Part shown: piece by piece, positions 28,055-34,550 of the stretch
Numbering within the stretch: position 1 is the stretch's first letter
Layout of the letters: the number at the start of each line of letters is the position of its first letter
Notes under the pieces: generated by a model
What the model was told of the DNA's origin: nothing
The model's input: only the letters and a program-made list of their open reading frames with translations
Databases searched by the model: none
Source of the DNA: Puniceicoccales bacterium
Lineage (GTDB): Bacteria > Verrucomicrobiota > Verrucomicrobiia > Opitutales > JAIRLG01
Length of the DNA: 34,550 nucleotides
Assembly (NCBI GenBank): GCA_031255915.1
Contig: JAIRRP010000005.1
Span: 1-34,550, forward strand
Direction: 5' to 3'
Made by a program: the position numbers and the translations under genes

Positions 28055-28156
28055 CCGCGCGATGGCCCCTTTGCCCTGCAAAGCTAGCGCCTTCGCGAAG
28101 CGAAGGCGCTAGGGTCGGCGGCCGGCATAGCCGGCCGTCGACGGGCCATCGCGCGG
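28055..28156. repeat. GC-rich 102-nt four-helix-junction palindromic element (single locus in window)
   Basis: 14-bp closing stem CCGCGCGATGGCCC/GGGCCATCGCGCGG encloses three hairpins: CTTTGC-CCT-GCAAAG (6 bp), CTAGCGCCTTCGC-GAA-GCGAAGGCGCTAG (13 bp) and GTCGGCGGCCGGC-ATA-GCCGGCCGTCGAC (13 bp, one G-T). Only one unpaired nt lies between helices. Confidence 0.7.
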
Positions 28157-28344
28157 GAAAATCAACGGACCACCTCAAGGGCTACACCCAGAGGATATCT
28201 TATTTTTTTCAAGCATCGATGCGACACCATCGCCCGTTCCCCAAGAAAATCAAAATGATAGAAAATGCGCCATTGCCGCTCCCAACGCGATAATTTACGC
28301 CTTGACTTTACCATAGGGCCACGCAGATTTTCGATCCCATCATT

Positions 28345-28421
28345 GGGGTGGTAGCTCAGTTGGCTAGAGCGTCGGCTTGTCACGCCGAAGGTCGCGGGTT
28401 CGAGTCCCGTCCACCTCGCCA
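28345..28421 (+). tRNA. tRNA-Asp (anticodon GTC), CCA encoded
   Basis: Hand-folded. Acceptor GGGGTGG/CCACCTC, D arm GCTC-AGTTGGCTA-GAGC, anticodon loop TTGTCAC, T arm GCGGG-TTCGAGT-CCCGT, 3' GCCA. Confidence 0.92.
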
Positions 28422-28440
28422 TAGGCTTCTTGAAGCCTAT
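28421..28440. terminator. hairpin between tRNA-Asp and the convergent transporter gene
   Basis: ATAGGCTTC-TT-GAAGCCTAT palindrome starts at the last base of the tRNA and is followed by ATTT. No strong U-tract is present on either strand. Confidence 0.4.
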
Positions 28441-28449
28441 ATTTAAGGC

Positions 28450-29769
28450 CTATGGGATCCGACCTGGGTTATGGCGCCTTCGCAGAATCCTCCCATTCAG
28501 CGCAAAAAAAAGTGTGCTGATTATGGCACAAATGGCAAAGAACAAGATCATGGCATTCCATTCCCACATATCGACGATTTTTCCAATACCCCAACCGGAA
28601 AAAGCGGCTCCCAGATAACCGAACATACCCGTCAATCCATTTCCTGCGGCCGCGGCGCGCTTGGAACTGAACTCCGCTCCGGCGCATCCGGCCAACATCT
28701 GAGGCCCATAGACAAAAAAGCCTATGATAAAGAGGAACAAAGTATTCGTTATTACCGACAGTGTCGGAACCATCCAAAAAATAAGCAATATGGCAATCAG
28801 TACCAACATGAAATAAACACAGGTACGATTCCTTCGCCCTTTAAATATTTTATCCGATACCCATCCGGCACATAAGCCTCCCAATGCCCCCATCAGCTCG
28901 AACCCCATGGATTGTAATCCCGACATCATGATGGAAGCGCCTCTGGCTTCCTGTAAAAACATCGGAGCCCAATTGAAGAAACCCATGCGGATGATATAAA
29001 GGAAAAAATTAGCCAGGCAAATGTACCATAACGAGGGATTCGGTAAAATATGTTCCATAAAAATTTCCCTTAACGTCACGACTTCTGTATCTTCATGGCC
29101 AGAAGTATGTCTCAAACCTTCCATATCTTCAATGGAAGGTAATCCCATCGCTTCCGGAATATCGCGCAGGCGATGGAAGAGAATGGCTGAAACAGTAAAA
29201 GCAAACATGGCTGGAATGATGAAAACCGTCCTCCAACCCCAATGCACCAGCATCCAAGAACCTCCCAAAAGAATGATCACGCTGCCGGCTTGATGGGAGG
29301 CATTGACGATGCCCCAATGGGTACCCAATTCTTGGGGAGAATACCAATGTACCATCAGACGTGCCACCGGTGGCCAACCCATCGATTGAAAAGCTCCATT
29401 CAAGGCATAAAACAAAGCCAATAAGATAACGGAATGGGTACAGCCGATACATAAACTACAAAGGGCAGTACCCAATAGACCCACCGTCATAAAATAACGG
29501 GCACTGGTCTTATCACATACCACGCCGCTGACGAATTTTCCTATTCCATAAATCAAAGCGAACATACTGAAAGCCCATCCCATCTGAGAACGGCTATACT
29601 CCAATTCACGTAACATCAAAGGAGCGGCTACTTGAAAATTCTGCCGTACAATGTAAAATGTGGCATAACCCAATGTCAGGGAACATAAAATTCGACAGCG
29701 CCAGTAATAAAAAGATCGACGAATACCCAGATCACTTACTTTACCATGATTGCCATGAGGAAAAAACAT
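28450..29769 (-). CDS. MFS organophosphate:phosphate antiporter (GlpT/UhpC family)
   Basis: Many blocks are shared with E. coli GlpT: FQSMGWPP, LMVHWYSP, GLPSIED, ILPNPSLWYICLANFFLYIIRMGFFNWAPMFL, GWVSDKIFKGRRN, YGPQMLAGCAGAEFSSKRAAAAGNGLTGMFGYLG. Whether the substrate is G3P or hexose-P is not resolvable by eye. Confidence 0.9.
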   Translation of the reverse strand: MFFPHGNHGKVSDLGIRRSFYYWRCRILCSLTLGYATFYIVRQNFQVAAPLMLRELEYSRSQMGWAFSMFALIYGIGKFVSGVVCDKTSARYFMTVGLLGTALCSLCIGCTHSVILLALFYALNGAFQSMGWPPVARLMVHWYSPQELGTHWGIVNASHQAGSVIILLGGSWMLVHWGWRTVFIIPAMFAFTVSAILFHRLRDIPEAMGLPSIEDMEGLRHTSGHEDTEVVTLREIFMEHILPNPSLWYICLANFFLYIIRMGFFNWAPMFLQEARGASIMMSGLQSMGFELMGALGGLCAGWVSDKIFKGRRNRTCVYFMLVLIAILLIFWMVPTLSVITNTLFLFIIGFFVYGPQMLAGCAGAEFSSKRAAAAGNGLTGMFGYLGAAFSGWGIGKIVDMWEWNAMILFFAICAIISTLFFALNGRILRRRHNPGRIP

Positions 29770-30013
29770 AACCGAAAAAGAAAACCGGACCTAAAACATC
29801 ACACGAGTTGCAAATAGGGCAAACATTTTTTAATAATTCCGACAACATTCCTTCTACTATCTTGCCAAGGTGAATTATTCACCGTCGCAAGATTACATTG
29901 ACGGCTTTCTCCCTTGACAAATACGCACTAATTTTAGGTTGCGGCGCTGGGAAGTGGATCGTTTTGCAGTTCCTAGGAAAGCTACGAAACGGGTCACTGT
30001 CCAAAGTAAGATT

Positions 30014-31276
30014 ATGAATACTGGAAGTGAGATCATTGCCGTGTTGGAATACATGGAAAAGGAGAAAGGAATTGCCCGCAACGATATGATCAAAACCATC
30101 CAGGAAGCTATTCGCAGTGCTGCCATCAAAAGCGTCCAGTTCGGTCGCGATGTACGCGTCTGCATCCATCCTAAAACAGGTAATCTTCAGGCCTGGGCCA
30201 TTTACGAAGTAGTCGATTCCGTAGCCGATCCATCGGCTCAAATGCACCTCCTCAAGGCCCAAGAGCTAGATCCCAAAGCACAGCTCGGAGGCATTATCGA
30301 AAAAGAAATATCCCCTACTCTTCTGGGTCGTATCGCTGCCCAAAGTGCGCGTCAGGCCATTAGTCAAAGCGTCCGGTATTTTGAAAAAGGACGCATTCAT
30401 GAGGATTTTAAAAATCAGGTTGGGAAGTTTATAACCGGTACTGTTCGGTCGGAAGACAGAAGGAATCTCTTCATCGACCTTGGAAAAGCAGAGGGCATTA
30501 TGCCCTTCCATGAACGTACTCCCGGCGAGGACTATCGCCCAGGCGATTCCATTCGATGCTTACTCCTACGTATTGAATCCTCGGCCAACGGACCTGAGAT
30601 TATCCTCAGCCGTGCCTGCAATCAGTTCATCAGCAAGCTTCTAGAACTGGAAGTTTCCGAGATCGCTGATGGGACCATCGTCATTCGCGGTCTCGCCCGC
30701 GAAGCGGGTTATCGGACAAAGGTCGCCATCGAGAGTAAAGAATTAAACGTCGACCCCGTAGGGGCTTGTATCGGCACCCGAGGCATTCGTATTCGGAGTA
30801 TTTGCAAAGAACTTGGAAATGAAAAGATCGACATCTTACATTACTACGCTGATCCCGTAAAGTTTCTGGCCGAAGCAATTCGGCCGGCTGTTCCACGCAA
30901 TATACAGATCGACGAACAGGACCATCGCATTTATTTTGAAGTTAGTGAGGAGGACCTCGCCATAGCCATAGGCAAGAGGGGCCTGAACGCTAAACTCACT
31001 TCCAAACTCATGAATTGGAAATTGAGCATTAATAAAGAAGTTTCCCAGAAAGACATTCGCTTTTCCCAACGTATTCAAAAAGCTACCCAAGGGCTCAATG
31101 ACATCCCAGGTATTTCGGACGAAATGGCTCAAAAACTTGTCACCGTCGGTATTACCGGCCTCGATGTTTTTGAAGGTGTCACAGTAGAGGACTTACAATC
31201 TTCCGGATTTACGGCCGAAGAGGCAGATACTATCATTTCATCGGTTCGACAATTTAAGTCACAAGCAACAGCTTAA
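30014..31276 (+). CDS. nusA: transcription termination/antitermination factor NusA
   Basis: The start MNTGSEIIAVLEYMEKEKGI is the typical NusA N-terminus. An S1 region, two KH domains (GACIGTRGIRI, AIGKRGLNAKL) and a C-terminal HhH-type repeat follow. The ORF extension back to 29939 is rejected. Confidence 0.93.
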   Translation: MNTGSEIIAVLEYMEKEKGIARNDMIKTIQEAIRSAAIKSVQFGRDVRVCIHPKTGNLQAWAIYEVVDSVADPSAQMHLLKAQELDPKAQLGGIIEKEISPTLLGRIAAQSARQAISQSVRYFEKGRIHEDFKNQVGKFITGTVRSEDRRNLFIDLGKAEGIMPFHERTPGEDYRPGDSIRCLLLRIESSANGPEIILSRACNQFISKLLELEVSEIADGTIVIRGLAREAGYRTKVAIESKELNVDPVGACIGTRGIRIRSICKELGNEKIDILHYYADPVKFLAEAIRPAVPRNIQIDEQDHRIYFEVSEEDLAIAIGKRGLNAKLTSKLMNWKLSINKEVSQKDIRFSQRIQKATQGLNDIPGISDEMAQKLVTVGITGLDVFEGVTVEDLQSSGFTAEEADTIISSVRQFKSQATA

Positions 31277-31349
31277 CTCACGCGACATTCTTAATTATTT
31301 ACAATGGAAGTCATTGCTATCTGTTAAGTTTTTCTCATCTGAGAGTAGC

Positions 31350-33869
31350 ATGAGTGTCAGGGTTTACCAGTTATCCAAGCAATTAGGGAAAGATAATAAA
31401 CAAATTATCGCCCTCCTACAGGCGCGTGGATTATCCATTCAAAGCGCCTCCAGTACCGTTCCTAACATCTACGCCGACGCGCTTCTGGAAGAATTCAAAG
31501 ATACGGTTCCTCAATCCGAAAATGCAGATATTGAAGCTCCTAAAACATCGAAAGATCTCGATGTAACAGACTCAGAACCACCTTCGGCCTCTAACATTGA
31601 CAAAAATCCACTCAAGCAAGACGAAGTAAAGTTAAACACACCAATACCCACCGAGGCTAATCAACCAATAAAAACACCTTTCTCATATTCCCAAACTTCT
31701 ATAGCATCGGCAACCTCATCTAACCAGACGGCGTTTCTCCCCAGAACCAAACCAGCACCTCGCCCCCCCGCTATTCTCCTCGAAAAACGCCAAGTCGTTG
31801 CGGCCGATGCCATTGCTGCTTTTTCGAACTCCGTAAGGAAACTCTCAACGGAAAAGGGACCTACTTCCGGAACAAAAGTTGTTTCTCAGCCTACTGATGT
31901 CATCTCCAATAAAAGCTCTTCTACTCCTTCAAACGCTGCCATTTCCTCTTCTATTCCCACTATACCTCGCTTTTCTCCCCACTTCAGCCCCAGACCATCG
32001 ATAAAAGAATTTAAGATTCCTGCACCGCTACCCCATTTGGCACCTGTTCCGCCGATGGCCAAAAATGAACCCGAAGTCACGAGAGCTCTCAAAGTCTTAA
32101 GGGCCAAGACGCCTATCATTGTCCATGAGTTTGCGTCCGCCATCGGCATTAAACCCTTCCAGCTCATTTCCGAATTGATGCGTCTGGGCATATTCGCATC
32201 CATGAACCAATCCATCGTGGAAGAAATAGCGGCGAAAGTAGCTAAAAAATATGGATTTCAGTTAGAAGTTCGTCGACGCGGTGAAGAATCTGACCCTAAA
32301 CGCAGGAAAGAAAGAACATCTCCCATTGCCACAGATACTTCTGAGCAACGGGAATTACGTCCTCCCATCGTCTGTGTTCTTGGCCACATTGATCACGGAA
32401 AAACAACTCTCCTGGATGCTATCCGACAAACGGATGTGGCCTCGGGCGAAGCGGGTGGCATTACCCAGCATATCGCCGCTTATCAGGTAGAGGTCCAAGG
32501 AAAAAAAATTACATTCCTCGACACCCCAGGGCACGCTGCTTTTGCCAAGATGCGCCAGCGAGGAGCGAATGTGACGGATATTGCCATTCTCGTCGTAGCT
32601 GCCGATGACGGATTCATGCCACAGACGGATGAAGCGCTGAAATTTGCACAAAAAGCGGGTGTTCCCGTCGTCGTAGCCATCAATAAAATTGACGTTAAAG
32701 GCGCCAACATCGATCGCGTCAAACAACAGATGCAACAGCGGAGCATTACGCCTGAAGAATGGGGTGGAGAAACACTTTGTATCGGCATTTCAGCCACTCA
32801 AAAAACACATCTGCAAGAACTCCTAGAGCTTGTGCTCATTCAGGCAGAAATGCTGGAGCTCAAAGCGAATCCCAAAGCCAATACAGAAGCTGTCATTATC
32901 GAATCACAGGTAGATACAGGTCACGGGGTAGCCGCGACCGCCATCATCCAAGAAGGTACATTAGCAATAGGTACCGTGCTCGTCTGTGGCTCACAGTATT
33001 GTCGCGTACGCGCCCTTTTCGACGATCATGGGAAATCGATCAAAACAGCCCCGCCTTCGACACCCATTCGCATCATAGGTTGGTCAGGTGCACCCGAAGT
33101 CGGTAGTCTAGCTCATGCAGTAAAAGAGGAAAAACAAGCCAGAGCTGAGGCTGAAGAAAACGCTTCTCTTGAAAAAAAGTCTAGAGAACAATCCACTTCT
33201 TCCATATTTGGAAAAAATGCACAAGAGACATTCGCCGCCCTCGGCACTCCTTCCCACGAAAAGGTACTAAAGCTCCTCGTCAAAACGGATGTCCAGGGAA
33301 GCATCGAAGCTGTCCGTCTGTGTTTGGAAAGTATCCTTAGTAATAAAGTTCACTGGGAGATCATTGCCCAATCCGTTGGAAATATCTGCAAAAATGACAT
33401 TGAACTCGCCCACTCTTCCGATGCCACTATTTTAGGATTTAACACCTCCTATGACTCCGGAGCAGCCGCTTTAGTTAAAAATCTTCAAGTGAAAGTCCTA
33501 CGACATAGTATCATCTATGAACTCGCAGACCAGGTTCGTGATGCCATGACGGATCTTTTGGAGCCAGAACTTCATGAAAATTATTTAGGGTCGGCGCAAG
33601 TACGTCAAATTTTTCACCTATCCAAAGGGCTCGTAGCCGGCTGCATGGTGATCGACGGCAAGATCATTCGCGAGAAATTCCTACGCGTAAAGCGCGGGAA
33701 ACAATTACTCTTCAAAGGTCGCATAGCCTCCTTAAAACACCTTAAAGAAGATTTACCTGAAGTACGAGCTGGATTTGAATGTGGGATACAGTCCCAAGGA
33801 TTTACTGCTTTTGAAATCAATGACGATATCGAGTGTTATGAAGTCGTCGAACAACGACCTTCACTCTAA
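31350..33869 (+). CDS. infB: translation initiation factor IF-2
   Basis: The N-terminal IF2_N motif is VRVYQLSKQLG. A long low-complexity S/P-rich linker follows. The G domain carries GHIDHGKTTLLD, DTPGH and NKID. The ATG at 31350 is chosen. Confidence 0.95.
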   Translation: MSVRVYQLSKQLGKDNKQIIALLQARGLSIQSASSTVPNIYADALLEEFKDTVPQSENADIEAPKTSKDLDVTDSEPPSASNIDKNPLKQDEVKLNTPIPTEANQPIKTPFSYSQTSIASATSSNQTAFLPRTKPAPRPPAILLEKRQVVAADAIAAFSNSVRKLSTEKGPTSGTKVVSQPTDVISNKSSSTPSNAAISSSIPTIPRFSPHFSPRPSIKEFKIPAPLPHLAPVPPMAKNEPEVTRALKVLRAKTPIIVHEFASAIGIKPFQLISELMRLGIFASMNQSIVEEIAAKVAKKYGFQLEVRRRGEESDPKRRKERTSPIATDTSEQRELRPPIVCVLGHIDHGKTTLLDAIRQTDVASGEAGGITQHIAAYQVEVQGKKITFLDTPGHAAFAKMRQRGANVTDIAILVVAADDGFMPQTDEALKFAQKAGVPVVVAINKIDVKGANIDRVKQQMQQRSITPEEWGGETLCIGISATQKTHLQELLELVLIQAEMLELKANPKANTEAVIIESQVDTGHGVAATAIIQEGTLAIGTVLVCGSQYCRVRALFDDHGKSIKTAPPSTPIRIIGWSGAPEVGSLAHAVKEEKQARAEAEENASLEKKSREQSTSSIFGKNAQETFAALGTPSHEKVLKLLVKTDVQGSIEAVRLCLESILSNKVHWEIIAQSVGNICKNDIELAHSSDATILGFNTSYDSGAAALVKNLQVKVLRHSIIYELADQVRDAMTDLLEPELHENYLGSAQVRQIFHLSKGLVAGCMVIDGKIIREKFLRVKRGKQLLFKGRIASLKHLKEDLPEVRAGFECGIQSQGFTAFEINDDIECYEVVEQRPSL

Positions 33870-33880
33870 CCGGAATTTTT

Positions 33881-34270
33881 ATGCATCCTCGGATCACACG
33901 GGTTAATTCGCTTTTGCAGGAAGCGCTTGCCGGTATTTTAAAAAAATACTATCGCGAAGAATCGGTCACCATCACCATCACCCGCATTGCCACTTCCAGC
34001 GATTTGCACTATGCAACGGTCTACGTAAGCATTATCGGCAACGAAGCGGAACAAAAGCGTTCCCTCCGTTGGCTTCACAAAAAAAAGTTCGAGCTCCGCA
34101 ACCACATCAATCGAGAAGTTGTGCTGAAATTCTCGCCGGAATTGCATTTTTTGATGGATAACTCTCATTTACGAGCGATGCGTATCGGATCCCTTCTCTC
34201 AGAAGTCGAGACATCCTCTTTCGAAGAACACAACAGCAGCTTCTTCATCAAATCCACAATGCCCTCTTAA
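33881..34270 (+). CDS. rbfA: ribosome-binding factor A
   Basis: The N-terminus RITRVNSLLQEALAGIL and the blocks ITRIATSSDLHYATVYVS and PELHF are RbfA-like. The conserved nusA-infB-rbfA order is present. Confidence 0.88.
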   Translation: MHPRITRVNSLLQEALAGILKKYYREESVTITITRIATSSDLHYATVYVSIIGNEAEQKRSLRWLHKKKFELRNHINREVVLKFSPELHFLMDNSHLRAMRIGSLLSEVETSSFEEHNSSFFIKSTMPS

Positions 34271-34494
34271 GGTCCGCCATAGGGTGGGGCTCCTAGGGAA
34301 AAATTAATATCCCTCATTTTTATTTCCATCACTCACCTGTTACTTTCGCAAAGAACTGGCTTCTCTCGTGGATTTGAATTTCCAGAAGTCTGTTGCAAAG
34401 TTGGGTTTTTAGAGAAAAACTAGCATCATTACAGGACAATTCTTCTCAAGAGGACAATTCCCTCGCCGCTTATTTGGGTGCCTTGGATGCCTTA

Positions 34495-34550
34495 TTAGAG
34501 GATGCTGTCAAAATTAGGCAACCCAAAGAGAGATAGAGGGGATGTGGAAT
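34495..34550 (-). mobile_element. Family A element, copy A6 (reverse orientation, truncated by window end)
   Basis: TTAG-AGGATGCTGTCAAAATTAGGCAACCCAAAGAGAGATAGAGGGGATGTGGAAT aligns to the reverse complement of the right arm of A2. Confidence 0.7.

Noticed and set aside
24705-34270. A split of the usual nusA-infB-rbfA-(truB)-rpsO-pnp arrangement, with rpsO-pnp inverted ~5 kb upstream and clpC, tRNA-Asp and a transporter in between, as a sign of an inserted island.
   Set aside because: The intervening genes are ordinary core functions. No integrase, att-like direct repeats at the tRNA, or compositional break is visible by eye. Ordinary rearrangement is the simpler explanation.
1189-34550. A possible CRISPR array or tandem repeat explanation for the recurring sequences.
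   Set aside because: The repeats are 100-150 bp and internally palindromic. They are dispersed in separate intergenic regions in both orientations with irregular multi-kb spacing. No cas genes are present.

Overview
This is a chromosomal window dominated by housekeeping genes. It holds 22 protein genes and 3 tRNA genes. I see no rRNA, CRISPR array, prophage, transposase, or recognisable defence or toxin-antitoxin cluster. Gene order: mnmA (5' partial, +), orphan prepilin-type pseudopilin (-), glyA (-), xseA (+), tRNA-Tyr (-), alr (-), tRNA-His (-), LptF/G-family permease (+), class-I aminotransferase (+), lysS (+), miaB (+), bioY (-), ftsH (-), tilS (-), prfA (-), adenylate-kinase-like (-), glgC (-), pnp (-), rpsO (-), clpC (+), tRNA-Asp (+), GlpT/UhpC-type antiporter (-), nusA (+), infB (+), rbfA (+). 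The GFTLMELL...FLDGHVEW pseudopilin and the overall content suggest a PVC-superphylum (Verrucomicrobiota-like) genome of moderate GC, but that is inference only. The unusual content is non-coding. By my coordinates, about 11 of the 16 intergenic gaps longer than ~140 bp are occupied by two families of structured repeats that I do not recognise as described families. Family B is a ~109-nt element that folds as a near-perfect four-helix junction: a closing stem plus three hairpins. It has six canonical copies whose differences are largely compensatory in the stems, plus one homologous variant with the same architecture and one unrelated GC-rich locus with the same topology. Family A is a ~149-bp whole-length hairpin, MITE-like, with AGRGTGTCGTCAAAA terminal inverted repeats bounded by YTAR tetranucleotides. 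It has five full copies, one copy cut by the window end, and one solo end. A and B occur together with conserved linkers at two loci. Notable placements are a pair bracketing tRNA-His in inverted orientation, a copy in the rpsO-pnp leader, a copy in the prfA-tilS spacer, and two copies that supply the stop codons of ftsH and the pseudopilin gene. Together these elements make up roughly 5% of the window. No mobilising enzyme is encoded here. Whether the elements act as RNA, as DNA cruciforms, or are simply selfish repeats cannot be decided from sequence alone.
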